The notes: generated from the letters alone by a model not told the origin. 64,000 nt of DNA from Sulfurospirillaceae bacterium (GCA_033723415.1 JAWVXD010000006.1:64001-128000); one strand, 5' to 3'. Positions 10,806-21,212 are shown, numbered from the stretch's first letter. Translations and numbers: made by a program.

Positions 10806-11851
10806 TGGGTTACGTAGCAATAAAAGGCGGCGAAGAGGCTATCAAAAATTCTCTATCTTTTTATGATGATCTTATCAAAGAGAAAATAAAGACTAAAGAA
10901 ATCGAAGAATCTCTTGGATTTGCTGTTGATAAGGTGATGAGTGAAGGCAGTTTATATAGTAAAAAATTAGCAGCAATTGCGATAAAAAGAAGTGGCGGTG
11001 ATCTGCTTAATGCTGCATTTTTTCTAAGAGCACACAGAAGCAGTTGTGCAAGAGTCGGTATTGCCAAGACAATTAACACTGATGAGATGAGATTGATTCG
11101 GAGAATCTCTTCAGCATTCAAAGATATCAAAGGCGGACAGATACTAGGCCCTTCAAATGATTATCAAGTAAAACTTATACTGAAAAAATTACACCGTAAT
11201 ACGCTATGGGATGATTTTAGCGATCAAGATGTATATATAGAATCTGCCCTTAAACCGCTCAGAGATAAAAATCTAGTGAAAAAGCTTCCAAAAGATGCAA
11301 AAGTATCAGATATTACAAGGGTTTTCCCTACTCCTCCATATCCAAGAAGTGCCGTGATGCAGATCATGAGCAGAGGTGAGAGTGGTTCTATGCTTGGATT
11401 TGCATATACTTCTATGCGAGGATACGGTGATGTTCATCCTACTATCGGTGATTTAAGACTTGGCAGGTCAGATGTTATATTCAAACATCCTTTCACTGGA
11501 AATGACACAAAGATTGCAGAGATCGAACTAAGTGCTTGCGAAATAGCCGCTACATTTGAAAAACAAGATGACGGAGAGACAAAACTGACAACCGGTTTTG
11601 GTTTTTGTTTTGGATTTAACGAGACAAAAGTCATCAGTATGTCTATCTTGGATACCGCACTGTACAACACTTCGCATACTATAGGGGAAGGAAGCATCGC
11701 CAATAATTTTGAGATGATCGTCCATCATATAGACGGCATCGAATCGATGGGTTTTACTAATCACTATAAATTACCTCATTACGTAACATTTCAAACTGAT
11801 CTTCAAGTTTTTTCAAGTGCAAAAGAATATACAAAAAAGGATTCACAATGA
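10805..11851 (+). CDS. phnI: C-P lyase subunit PhnI
   Basis: YVAIKGGEEAI, RRISSAFKDIKGGQILG, RGYGDVHP, HYKLPHYVTFQ. Confidence 0.96.
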   Translation: MGYVAIKGGEEAIKNSLSFYDDLIKEKIKTKEIEESLGFAVDKVMSEGSLYSKKLAAIAIKRSGGDLLNAAFFLRAHRSSCARVGIAKTINTDEMRLIRRISSAFKDIKGGQILGPSNDYQVKLILKKLHRNTLWDDFSDQDVYIESALKPLRDKNLVKKLPKDAKVSDITRVFPTPPYPRSAVMQIMSRGESGSMLGFAYTSMRGYGDVHPTIGDLRLGRSDVIFKHPFTGNDTKIAEIELSACEIAATFEKQDDGETKLTTGFGFCFGFNETKVISMSILDTALYNTSHTIGEGSIANNFEMIVHHIDGIESMGFTNHYKLPHYVTFQTDLQVFSSAKEYTKKDSQ

Positions 11852-11964
11852 AATTGACAGAAACTTTTAGTTTCATCAAACATAGTGACGACGAGACGCA
11901 GCCCTTACAAGGGCTGGTAAATTTAGCTTGGAACGGGTTCCAAGCTAAAGGAGACAAAAAATGA
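11848..11964 (+). CDS. 38-aa bridging ORF carrying two hairpins between phnI and phnJ
   Basis: MKLTETFSFIKHSDDETQPLQGLVNLAWNGFQAKGDKK*; ATGA overlaps with both the phnI stop and the phnJ start. Confidence 0.4.
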   Translation: MKLTETFSFIKHSDDETQPLQGLVNLAWNGFQAKGDKK

Positions 11965-12788
11965 GATATGCTTTTTTAGACGAAGATGCGAAAAAAGAGA
12001 TAAGAAGGTCAATCCTAAAAGCCATAGCAATCCCCGGATATTTAGTTTCTTTTGCTTCCAGAGAGATGCCTATAGCCAGAGGCTGGGGAACAGGCGGACT
12101 TCAAGTAACCCTTTCTATCATAAATGAAAAAGACAGACTCAAAGTCATCGATCAAGGATGTGATGGAAGCGTAAATGCAGTCAATATAAGAAACTTTATA
12201 TGCTCTGTGACCAAAAATAAGACCACTAGTGAAATGGATAAGGCGACTCTTATTCAAAGTAGGCACAGAATTCCTGAGATTTCATTAGAAGAAGAACAGA
12301 TACTAGTGCTTCAAGTACCGGAACCGGAAGTCTTAACCAATGTTGAAGCAGACAGTCTCAAACAAAAGATCATGCACGCAAACAGCGACTATGCCAAACT
12401 TTGGGTACTTTTATACGAAGATACGGCTCAATTTGGAGACAGCAGGATCGGGAACAGATACCCTGTCCTCGTCAATCATAGATATGCGATGGATCCCTCT
12501 CCCATACCAAAGTATGATACGCCGAAATTAAACGATAACAAAGGGCTTATCCTGTTTGGAGCAGGTCGTGAAAAGAAAATTTATGCTATTCCTCCATACA
12601 CTCATGTAGAGCCGTTGAAATTTGAAGATAGAGAGTTTAAGGTCGAAAGTTTTTCGGATAAAAAATGTAAAAAGTGTGGTGCAAAAGGTATCTTTATGGA
12701 TGAGGTTTATGATGAAAAGGGACACATAGAATATTATTGTAACGACACAAGCTATTGCGACCAACAGCTAGAGATCAGGAGAAAATAA
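11961..12788 (+). CDS. phnJ: radical SAM C-P lyase PhnJ
   Basis: SREMPIARGWGTGG, GAGREKKIYA, CKKC-x21-C..C cluster motif. Confidence 0.97.
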   Translation: MRYAFLDEDAKKEIRRSILKAIAIPGYLVSFASREMPIARGWGTGGLQVTLSIINEKDRLKVIDQGCDGSVNAVNIRNFICSVTKNKTTSEMDKATLIQSRHRIPEISLEEEQILVLQVPEPEVLTNVEADSLKQKIMHANSDYAKLWVLLYEDTAQFGDSRIGNRYPVLVNHRYAMDPSPIPKYDTPKLNDNKGLILFGAGREKKIYAIPPYTHVEPLKFEDREFKVESFSDKKCKKCGAKGIFMDEVYDEKGHIEYYCNDTSYCDQQLEIRRK

Positions 12789-13624
12789 TGGTGATGGAAT
12801 TAAAAGACATATACAAGATATACGGCTCAGGCTGTGATGCATGCCTAAATTCGACCGGAGCAGAATTTGGAAGCTCTATATGCCCTCATTGCGGTAGTGT
12901 AGTTGCTGTAAATAACATAAACCTTCACCTAAAAAAAGGTGAGATCCTAGGTATCGTAGGAGAAAGCGGTAGTGGAAAATCCACGCTTCTAAGACTCATT
13001 TATCAAGACGAAAAGGCAAGTGGCGGAATATTGCATTTGGACAATCTCGTAGATGAACTTGGACTTTATATCAATCTTTTAGAAGCAGACGAGAACGTAC
13101 TGGCATTTGTACGAGATAAGATCATGTCCATGATATACCAAAATCCGATGCTTGGTCTAAACTATCAATTTAGTGCAGGCGGAAATATCGCTGAGAAGAT
13201 CATCATGAGCGGAGAAAAAAAATACGGTGAGATACGAGAGCGAGCGTTGTATTTTTTGGAGAAGACAGAGATACCTACTGAACGCATCGATGATTATCCA
13301 GATCGTTTTAGCGGAGGACAACAACAGCGTATCCAGATATCAAAAGCCCTATCTTGCAACCCAAAAATCCTTTTGCTGGATGAACCGACAACCGGACTTG
13401 ATCTCTCTGTTCAGGCCAAGATCCTTGATCTCATCAAAGTACTGCAAAAAGAGATCGGCTTTGCCATGATCATCGTTTCACATGATCTAGGCGTCATCAA
13501 ACACCTGACAGATATCTGTATCGTAATGAAGAACGGCGAGATAGTGGAGTACGGTTTGAGCGATCAAATACTGGAAGATCCCCAACACCCCTACACACAG
13601 ATCCTTGTATCCAGCGTTTTATAG
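12788..13624 (+). CDS. phnK: C-P lyase ABC-type ATPase PhnK
   Basis: GESGSGKST, FSGGQQQRIQI, DEPTTGLDLSVQA, EDPQHPYTQ; start at the ATG overlapping the phnJ stop. Confidence 0.92.
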   Translation: MVMELKDIYKIYGSGCDACLNSTGAEFGSSICPHCGSVVAVNNINLHLKKGEILGIVGESGSGKSTLLRLIYQDEKASGGILHLDNLVDELGLYINLLEADENVLAFVRDKIMSMIYQNPMLGLNYQFSAGGNIAEKIIMSGEKKYGEIRERALYFLEKTEIPTERIDDYPDRFSGGQQQRIQISKALSCNPKILLLDEPTTGLDLSVQAKILDLIKVLQKEIGFAMIIVSHDLGVIKHLTDICIVMKNGEIVEYGLSDQILEDPQHPYTQILVSSVL

Positions 13625-13632
13625 GAAAAAAA

Positions 13633-14343
13633 ATGTATAAAATCGAAATAAAAAATTTATCCAAAACATTTACGGTTCACACTCAAGGCGGCATAGAGAT
13701 CAGAGGATATGAAAATATAAATTTTGAAGTCAACAATGGTGAATTTATCTCTTTATTTGGCCCAAGCGGTATGGGGAAATCTTCTGTTCTCAAAGCACTC
13801 TATAGAACGTATACAACGACTAGTGGGGATATCTTGTTTAATTTTGACAATGGCGAACAGGTAAATATAGCAACCTGCGATGAAAGTACTATACTAAATA
13901 TAAGAAAAAATCACATCGGCTATGTTTCTCAATTTTTGCAAATCCTCCCACGTATCAGTGCAGTGAATATCGTCGCAAATCCGTTGATAGAGAAAGGTGA
14001 AAGTGAAACCGCTTCACAAGATAAAGCGAGAGAACTGCTCAGTTATCTCTCGATAAAAGAAGAGCTCTTTGATGTCTCCCCTTTGACTTTTAGCGGTGGG
14101 GAACAACAGAGAGTCAACATAGCCAAAGGAATCATCGCACCGAAATCCGTACTCCTTTTAGATGAACCGACGGCTTCTTTGGATAAGATAAATACGATGA
14201 AAGTCATAGAAAAATTACTAGAGATCAAAAAACAAGGCGTTGCGATGATAGGGATCTTCCATGACACAGAAGCGATGAATGCCATAAGCGATAAAATATA
14301 CGATATGAAAGAGCGATGTTATGCAAACGATAATCAGAAGTAA
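13633..14343 (+). CDS. phnL: C-P lyase ATPase PhnL
   Basis: KTFTVHTQGG, GYVSQFL, TFSGGEQQRVNIA. Confidence 0.93.
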   Translation: MYKIEIKNLSKTFTVHTQGGIEIRGYENINFEVNNGEFISLFGPSGMGKSSVLKALYRTYTTTSGDILFNFDNGEQVNIATCDESTILNIRKNHIGYVSQFLQILPRISAVNIVANPLIEKGESETASQDKARELLSYLSIKEELFDVSPLTFSGGEQQRVNIAKGIIAPKSVLLLDEPTASLDKINTMKVIEKLLEIKKQGVAMIGIFHDTEAMNAISDKIYDMKERCYANDNQK

Positions 14344-15466
14344 AAATGTCCTCCTAGATGGCAAATTTCAACCCTCAGACATAGCCATTCAAGGTAAATA
14401 CATCACTTCGGTAAAGCCTTACAAATCCATAGACGTAGCGATCGACTTGGGAGAGAGAAGGATCGTTCCTGGTTTTGTAGATCTGCACAGTGACGCTATC
14501 GAAAAAGAGATCGAACCACGTCCCGGAGCCAGATTTCCCGTAAAGATGGCTGTCATAGAACTTGATAAAAAACTCTCTATGGCTGGTATAACTACGATGT
14601 ATCATGCCATAGGCTTTAACGATGAAGAGCTTCAAAAAGGTAGAGGAACCGAGCAATCAAGCGAACTCATCGAAGAACTATTTGAGGCAAATAAATCCAA
14701 CCTTGAAGTAGATAATCTGATACACGCAAGATTTGAGATCACAAGTCATAGCTCTATAAATACTATAAAAAAGTTGATTAAAAGTAAAAAAGTAAATATG
14801 CTCTCTATCATGGATCACTCACCCGGTCAAGGGCAGTTCAAAACGATGGAGAGCTGGAAAAAGTACCATCTTAAATCATACCAGATAAGCGAAGATGAAG
14901 TAGAAGCATACATAAAAAGCAAAGCTGGCAAAGACAAGGTCGGTGTCGTGGAAGATCTGGTAAAGTTTGGACTTGATTTTGACCTGCCTATCTTAAGTCA
15001 TGATGACGACTGCGGTGAAAAACTGACTACTCTTAAAAATCTAGGAATCACTTTTTCTGAGTTTCCCCTCAGTGTCGAAACGGCAAAACTCGCCAAAGAG
15101 ATGGGTATCAGTACCGGTATGGGAGCCCCTAATGTCGTGCGCGGTGGAAGTCAAAGCGGAAATATCGCCGCTAAAGAGTTGGTTAAGGCGGGAGTCTGCG
15201 ATTATCTGTGCAGCGATTATCATCCCTCTTCCATGCTGTTAAGCCCATATCGACTCAAAGAAGATGTGAATCTGAGCCTAGAAGAAGGATTTGCGATGAT
15301 CAGTACCACTCCTGCAAAGCTAGCAGGTCTTAGTGATCGAGGTGAACTAAAAGAAAATATGCTCGCTGACATCGCAGTGATCGATGAATCACATTTCCCA
15401 AAAGTCGTGCTCACTTTTAAAAACGGCGAAGTGGTATACAATGGCATAAGGGGTTTCAATGTATGA
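14321..15466 (+). CDS. phnM: ribose 1-methylphosphonate 5-triphosphate diphosphatase
   Basis: PGFVDLHSD, MDHSPGQGQF, SHDDD, GAPNVVRGGS, SDYHP. Confidence 0.95.
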   Translation: MQTIIRSKNVLLDGKFQPSDIAIQGKYITSVKPYKSIDVAIDLGERRIVPGFVDLHSDAIEKEIEPRPGARFPVKMAVIELDKKLSMAGITTMYHAIGFNDEELQKGRGTEQSSELIEELFEANKSNLEVDNLIHARFEITSHSSINTIKKLIKSKKVNMLSIMDHSPGQGQFKTMESWKKYHLKSYQISEDEVEAYIKSKAGKDKVGVVEDLVKFGLDFDLPILSHDDDCGEKLTTLKNLGITFSEFPLSVETAKLAKEMGISTGMGAPNVVRGGSQSGNIAAKELVKAGVCDYLCSDYHPSSMLLSPYRLKEDVNLSLEEGFAMISTTPAKLAGLSDRGELKENMLADIAVIDESHFPKVVLTFKNGEVVYNGIRGFNV

Positions 15467-16097
15467 AATCAAAGCTATGAATCTAGCAGAGTCCAAAATA
15501 TTGAACAATGAACCAACCATACATAAGACTTCGATCATAAAAGATTGCTCTTTTGGTAGATTTGTAGAGATAGGCACCTACAATAATATCTGTGAATCGG
15601 TGATAGATGATTATAGTTATACCAGTGAAAATTGTCAGATCATCTACTCTCATATAGGCAAATTTGTAAATATCGCAAGCTATGTGAGACTAAACCCTGG
15701 ACAGCACCCGATGCACAGAGTCTCACAACACCACATGTTATATCGCAAAGAGATGTTCGGTTTTGGAGAAGACGATAGCAAATTTTTTGAGGAGAGAAGA
15801 AAGAAAAGAGTCAAGATAGGTCATGATGTCTGGATCGGTCACAATGTCACCGTCATGGGCGGAGTGAGCATAGAAAACGGCGCGGTCATAGGAAGCGGGG
15901 CCATCGTCACAAGAGACATACCAGCTTATGCCATAGCCGTCGGAAATCCGGCTCGTGTCATCAAATATCGGTTTGATCCTTATATAGTAGAGGAACTAGA
16001 AAAGATCAAATGGTGGCACTGGGATCATGATAAAATAGCACAATCATTGAAAGATTTTGATGATATAGACGAATTTATAAAAAGATACAAGGTATAA
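15459..16097 (+). CDS. phosphonate-cluster hexapeptide-repeat acetyltransferase
   Basis: NPGQHPM, IGHDVWIGH, GAVIGSGAIVTRD, GNPARVIK. Confidence 0.88.
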   Translation: MYEIKAMNLAESKILNNEPTIHKTSIIKDCSFGRFVEIGTYNNICESVIDDYSYTSENCQIIYSHIGKFVNIASYVRLNPGQHPMHRVSQHHMLYRKEMFGFGEDDSKFFEERRKKRVKIGHDVWIGHNVTVMGGVSIENGAVIGSGAIVTRDIPAYAIAVGNPARVIKYRFDPYIVEELEKIKWWHWDHDKIAQSLKDFDDIDEFIKRYKV

Positions 16098-16099
16098 GA

Positions 16100-16615
16100 T
16101 TGGTTAAGATAGTTTTGATAGTAGGTCCTAGCGGTGTCGGGAAAGATACTCTCATAAACAGTGTTAAGGGCAAGATCGATGCAAATTTTGTCAAAAGGTA
16201 TATCACTAGAGTACCTGATTCTCACGAGCAGAACTATTTTGTAGAAAACTCTGAATTCGAAAAATTAAAAAAGGAGGGCTTTTTTGTCTCTTCGTGGGAT
16301 GCACACTCAAACCAATACGGCATAGCACTAGATGAGATAAAAGAAGGATTAAACATTATATCCGTATCAAGAAGTGCTATTAAAGATTTTGAAAAAGTAT
16401 TTGATGATGTAGTGACGATCAATATATCTCTCTCAAAAGATGCTCTTTATAAAAGACTGAAAAACAGGAATAGAGAGAGTGAAAACGAGATACAAGAGAG
16501 ATTGGCAAGCTCGGATCAGGACATAAAAGCAAAAAAATTGATACAATTTTCAAATGATCTACCACTAGATATATCATCTGCAAAGTTTTTGGAGTTATTA
16601 GGAGAGATCAAATGA
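16100..16615 (+). CDS. phnN: ribose 1,5-bisphosphokinase
   Basis: GPSGVGKDTL, RYITR, WDAHSNQYG; TTG start. Confidence 0.9.
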   Translation: MVKIVLIVGPSGVGKDTLINSVKGKIDANFVKRYITRVPDSHEQNYFVENSEFEKLKKEGFFVSSWDAHSNQYGIALDEIKEGLNIISVSRSAIKDFEKVFDDVVTINISLSKDALYKRLKNRNRESENEIQERLASSDQDIKAKKLIQFSNDLPLDISSAKFLELLGEIK

Positions 16616-17349
16616 AACTAAAGTTTTTAGGAACTGCCGACAGCGGTGGAATTCCCTCTCACAACTGCATCTGTGAGATCTGCCGAGAATACAGATCAAA
16701 AGGTCACATAAATCTAGCAACATCGGCTTACATAGAGTGTGATAACGGTGAGATTATTTTGCTTGATGCCGGAGTCGAAAATATCGCTTCGCAATTTGAC
16801 GGCAGTATCATAAAAGCAGTTTTTTTGACTCATTTTCACGCAGATCATGTCATGGGTCTTTTGAGACTCAGATACAGTCACAATCCTATCCTTTGCTACC
16901 ATCCTAAAGATGACAACGGCTTTGCAGATCTGTTTAAAAATAAAAAATCTATCGAATATATAGAGAATGTGGCATTTGAAGAGATCATAGTAAATGATTT
17001 AAAATTTATCCCGATACCTCTTTTTCACTCCAAAAATACGACCGGATACCTCATCCGATCAAAAAACAAAACAGTAGCATATCTGACTGATTGTGCAGGA
17101 CTCGACGTGGAGTCGATGAAGTTTCTAAAATCATTTTCGATTGATGCCTGCTATCTAGATGCTTGTTTAGCACCGAATTTTAGCAATGGTAACCATCTCA
17201 ATTACGAACAGGCAATAAGAGTATTGGATGAAATTGGAGCCAAGACATCACATCTGATGCACAGTAGTCATTATACGCTAGCGTATATAAGGCAAAATAA
17301 GATCGATCTCAAATATGACTATATTTTGCCTGATCATCTTGATCTCTAG
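16612..17349 (+). CDS. phnP: cyclic phosphodiesterase PhnP
   Basis: GIPSHNCICEIC, THFHADH, HSKNTTGY, NHL. Confidence 0.92.
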   Translation: MKLKFLGTADSGGIPSHNCICEICREYRSKGHINLATSAYIECDNGEIILLDAGVENIASQFDGSIIKAVFLTHFHADHVMGLLRLRYSHNPILCYHPKDDNGFADLFKNKKSIEYIENVAFEEIIVNDLKFIPIPLFHSKNTTGYLIRSKNKTVAYLTDCAGLDVESMKFLKSFSIDACYLDACLAPNFSNGNHLNYEQAIRVLDEIGAKTSHLMHSSHYTLAYIRQNKIDLKYDYILPDHLDL

Positions 17350-17699
17350 ATTATAGTACCGCTTGCTGCTAGGATATCTTTACCCTCTTCGCTGATCTTT
17401 GATACATCCCAAGGCGGATCAAATACGAGATTGACGTAAGCTTCATCGATAGAATCCATGGATTTCACTATGAATCTGACTTGATCTACTAGCATATCAG
17501 AAACTGAACATCCCGGTGCCGTCAAGGTCATGTCTATTAGACAATATGTGTAATTATTCTCAACATCTATCTTAATATCATAGATCAATCCAAGATCATA
17601 CAGATTTATAGGGATTTCAGGGTCATAGATCGTTTTTATATTTTCGATGACTTCTTTTATAATTTTTTCTTTTTGTTCTTCATTCATGATTTGCCTCAA
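17346..17699 (-). CDS. sufT: SufT/DUF59 Fe-S maturation protein
   Basis: DPEIPINLYDLGLIY, MTLTAPGC, FDPPW. Confidence 0.9.
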   Translation of the reverse strand: MRQIMNEEQKEKIIKEVIENIKTIYDPEIPINLYDLGLIYDIKIDVENNYTYCLIDMTLTAPGCSVSDMLVDQVRFIVKSMDSIDEAYVNLVFDPPWDVSKISEEGKDILAASGTII

Positions 17700-18105
17700 T
17701 TGCGTAATTTTTTATTCTCTCTATCATACTTTTTAAGCCATTTTGCCTATTTGGCGTAATGATCTCTGAGAGTCCTAGAGAATTTAGTTTTGTAAAATCA
17801 AATGCTACTATCTCTTTTGGAGTGAGATTCGAAAATATTTTTATGATCAAAGCAACTAATCCTTTGACTATGACAGTGTTGCTATCTCCTCTAAAGATAA
17901 GTTTGTCTTCTTTTTTTTCACAGATCAGCCAGACTTGAGAAGTACAGCCTTGGATCAAGTATTCATCTTTTTTTTCACTCTCACTGAGAGCTTTAAGCTC
18001 TTTACCCGAATCTACAAGGTACTCGTATTTTTCAAGCTCATCTTCAAAAAATGACAACTCTTCTGCTATTTCATTCACTCTGGTTTCTATTGTACTCATC
18101 ATCAT
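17680..18105 (-). CDS. sufE: SufE sulfur acceptor
   Basis: IQGCTSQVW, DSNTVIVKGL, PNRQNGL. Confidence 0.93.
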   Translation of the reverse strand: MMMSTIETRVNEIAEELSFFEDELEKYEYLVDSGKELKALSESEKKDEYLIQGCTSQVWLICEKKEDKLIFRGDSNTVIVKGLVALIIKIFSNLTPKEIVAFDFTKLNSLGLSEIITPNRQNGLKSMIERIKNYAIEANHE

Positions 18106-19289
18106 CCTTTTAGTATTTTCACGGCTCTTCGTATATTTTTTAGCAACATATCAGCATCTTCCATATTGTTGTAAATTCCAAGACTAACTCTTGCCGTGCC
18201 ATTGATCCCGAGCTTCTTCATGATCGGCTGGGCACAATGATGCCCATAGCGAATACTTACATTCATCTTATCCAATAAAACCCCGACATCATCAGCCATA
18301 ACGCCCTCGATATTGAAACTAAGACTTCCGATGCAGTTGATACTATCCGTATACAATATGATACCTTCGATCTCGCTCAGCTTTTCATACATGTATTCAT
18401 ATACTTGAGCTTCATAATCGATGATATTTTCGTATTTTTGCTCTTGTATAAATTTGAGAGCCTGTCCAAATCCTATAACTCCTGAGATATTTTGCGTGCC
18501 TGCTTCAAACTTAAAAGGCGAATCCAATAAAATACTTCTATCATATGTCACATCACTGATAGTCGCACCTCCGACTTGATAAGGAGCAACATCTTCTAAG
18601 TGTTCTTGTTTTATATAAATAGCTCCAACCCCTGTAGGACCGTAGGTCTTATGAGAAGAGACGGCATAAAAATCTACATCTAGGTCTTGAACGTCGACAT
18701 TAAAATGAGCCAGACTCTGAGCCCCGTCTATCATGACAAGCGCGCCATATTTATGCGCGATATGTATGATGTTTTTGACGGGATGTATCCTTCCAAAAGC
18801 ATTTGAAACATGCGTGATACTTACAAAAGCATTTTTGTTCTCTTGCAGCAGTTTTTCAAAATGTTCGATATCAAAAGAGAGGTTTTCATCACAATCCACT
18901 ACTTCAAGTCCATTGTGCAAACTTCTTCCTTGCATATGCCAAGGAACGATGTTTGAATGATGCTCCAAAGATGAGATGATAACGGTATCAAACCGATCTT
19001 TTACAAACGATGATGCGATGAAGTTCAGAGATTCCGTTACTCCTTTGGTGAAGATGATCTCTTTTTCATCACGTGCATTGATGAAAGTTTTCAGAGTTTC
19101 TCTGGCATTTTCAAATTCAGTTGTCGCTCTATTTGCATTTCCAAAGTTGCTTCTGTGTGTATTGGAGCAGTACTTTGTATAATATTCATTGATAGCATCG
19201 ATGACTACTTTTGGCTTTTGAGTCGTCGAAGCACTATCAAGATAGGTGTTTTTATTGTCCTTAAAATATTCAAAATATTTCTTGTACAC
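18102..19289 (-). CDS. sufS: SufS-type cysteine desulfurase
   Basis: YLDSASTTQKP, EHHSN, SSHKTYGP, RYGHHCAQP. Confidence 0.95.
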   Translation of the reverse strand: MYKKYFEYFKDNKNTYLDSASTTQKPKVVIDAINEYYTKYCSNTHRSNFGNANRATTEFENARETLKTFINARDEKEIIFTKGVTESLNFIASSFVKDRFDTVIISSLEHHSNIVPWHMQGRSLHNGLEVVDCDENLSFDIEHFEKLLQENKNAFVSITHVSNAFGRIHPVKNIIHIAHKYGALVMIDGAQSLAHFNVDVQDLDVDFYAVSSHKTYGPTGVGAIYIKQEHLEDVAPYQVGGATISDVTYDRSILLDSPFKFEAGTQNISGVIGFGQALKFIQEQKYENIIDYEAQVYEYMYEKLSEIEGIILYTDSINCIGSLSFNIEGVMADDVGVLLDKMNVSIRYGHHCAQPIMKKLGINGTARVSLGIYNNMEDADMLLKNIRRAVKILKG

Positions 19290-19292
19290 TGA

Positions 19293-20468
19293 TCAATCCT
19301 CTATAAAACTAAGTGCGAGCTTTTCTATTGACTCGTTTCCAATTTTTTCTATTACTTGTAATTCTATCGCATTTATGAGCATTTTCTCTGCTTTTGGAAG
19401 TTCAATCCCTCTACTTTGCATATAATAAAGTGCTTCTTCATCCAAAGAACCGCTTGTAGCTCCATGCGCTGCTTCTAATTCATCGGTATGCAGTATCAGC
19501 TTAGGATTTGCATTTATCCTTGCGCCGTTTTTTAAAAGTATGGTTTGTGAATTTTGGAAAGTTTTTGAAAACTTCGCTTCATGATTAACCGTAGTTTTTA
19601 CCTCAAAAAGAGCTTGTGATTCACCATCTAAAAGATGCTTACACACCATGTTACTCTCTGTAAATTCTGCGTCATGTACGATAGAGATTATATTTCCACT
19701 TTTATTTTTTTTACCGAGTTTGATAATACTCTCAAAAGAAAAATTCGAGTGATCACAGGAAAGTGTTGAGTTTACTATATTTAAAGCTCTCTTTGAATCC
19801 AGATCAATCGCGATCAAACTGCATTTTGCATTTTTTGAGATTATAGGTTCTATATTTGATATAAAGCTGTTATTTGTAGTTGAACTTTGAAGTTTTGTGT
19901 AATTCAGCGATGCATTATCCTTGATAATGAGCTTCTTATTTGCATTTACAAAAGAGTTCCTAAGATGGTTGCTGATGTTTAGCTCCACTATATCTACTTT
20001 ACAATTTTCTTCTATAACGACACTTTCGGATGTCGGTACAAACGAGTCATCGCCGCTATATATATTTAAGATCATCAAAGGCTTTTCTAAATCTTTTTTT
20101 ATAGCTATCTCGTTTTCTTTTTCAACAAAAGCTTCACTAAGAAAATATAAAGAGTTCGGACTTCTATGCAGGTTTTTTTCTTTTTTAGAGAACACTACGC
20201 TATCTGGCAATATCGAATTTTTGATATCGACTTCTCCATCAAATATAATAACAGTATAAAAATCTTGATTTGCAGGATATTTAGACCCGCCGTTTAGCTT
20301 CACTTCATCGCTATGCAGCAAAAGATTCTTTGAAAAAATATCACTTATATCAAATTGCCTAAACTCTTCTGTACTCTTTGTAGGCAGCCCCATTTCACTC
20401 AATAGATCAAAAGATTTAGTATCTTTTATCCCCTCAAGCTGGCTTAGATCATTTAGCAACATGGTCAA
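19293..20468 (-). CDS. sufD: SufD
   Basis: LPTKSTEEFR, PKLILHTDELEAAHGAT, YMQSRGI. Confidence 0.9.
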   Translation of the reverse strand: MTMLLNDLSQLEGIKDTKSFDLLSEMGLPTKSTEEFRQFDISDIFSKNLLLHSDEVKLNGGSKYPANQDFYTVIIFDGEVDIKNSILPDSVVFSKKEKNLHRSPNSLYFLSEAFVEKENEIAIKKDLEKPLMILNIYSGDDSFVPTSESVVIEENCKVDIVELNISNHLRNSFVNANKKLIIKDNASLNYTKLQSSTTNNSFISNIEPIISKNAKCSLIAIDLDSKRALNIVNSTLSCDHSNFSFESIIKLGKKNKSGNIISIVHDAEFTESNMVCKHLLDGESQALFEVKTTVNHEAKFSKTFQNSQTILLKNGARINANPKLILHTDELEAAHGATSGSLDEEALYYMQSRGIELPKAEKMLINAIELQVIEKIGNESIEKLALSFIED

Positions 20469-21204
20469 TTCCTATACCCTCGTAACCTTGCTCGTCTATT
20501 TCCAAAGCTAGAGTATAATCACCGCTTTTTACGATCTTACCGCCACTTAACACGTGTACGAAATCAGGCTTTATAAGCTCTAACAATCTATCATAATGAG
20601 TGATCATAAGGACAGATCTTTTTCCATCCAACATAGATTTTACTCCATTTGCTATCATCTTAATCGCATCGACATCCAACCCTGAGTCTATCTCGTCTAA
20701 AAGTATAAGATCCGGTTCAAGAACGAGCATTTGAAGCAGTTCATTTTTCTTCTTTTCTCCACCTGAAAAACCGTCATTTACATTTCGTTTCAGCATCTTC
20801 TCATCCAAACCAAACTCTTGAGCTTTGGTCTTTATGAATTTTAAAAATTTAGCGACATTCATCTCATCTTCGCCATGATAAGCTCGTTTTGCATTAAGTG
20901 CCGTTTTTAGAAAGTACATATTGTTGACACCCGGTATCTCTGTGGGGTTTTGAAAACTCATAAAGATACCTTCATTTGCCCTATCGCTCACGCTTAGATC
21001 CATCAGATTCTTCTTTTTATACGTCATCTTCCCACTTGTCACTTCGCAGTCATAATGAGCACTCAAAGTCTTGACCAAGGTCGATTTCCCTGCACCGTTC
21101 GTGCCCATGAGAACATGAACTTCACCTGGATTTATAGTCAAATCCAAACCTTTTAAAATCTCTTTTTCTTTTATTGTTACACTTAAATTTTTTATTTCTA
21201 ACAT
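20449..21204 (-). CDS. sufC: SufC ATPase
   Basis: GTNGAGKST, FSGGEKKKNE, LDEIDSGLD, ITHY. Confidence 0.96.
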   Translation of the reverse strand: MLEIKNLSVTIKEKEILKGLDLTINPGEVHVLMGTNGAGKSTLVKTLSAHYDCEVTSGKMTYKKKNLMDLSVSDRANEGIFMSFQNPTEIPGVNNMYFLKTALNAKRAYHGEDEMNVAKFLKFIKTKAQEFGLDEKMLKRNVNDGFSGGEKKKNELLQMLVLEPDLILLDEIDSGLDVDAIKMIANGVKSMLDGKRSVLMITHYDRLLELIKPDFVHVLSGGKIVKSGDYTLALEIDEQGYEGIGIDHVAK

Positions 21205-21212
21205 ATGGTTTC

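Noticed and set aside
15459..16097. CatB/Vat antibiotic resistance gene
   Set aside because: Embedded between phnM and phnN, the known position of the phosphonate-associated hexapeptide transferase.
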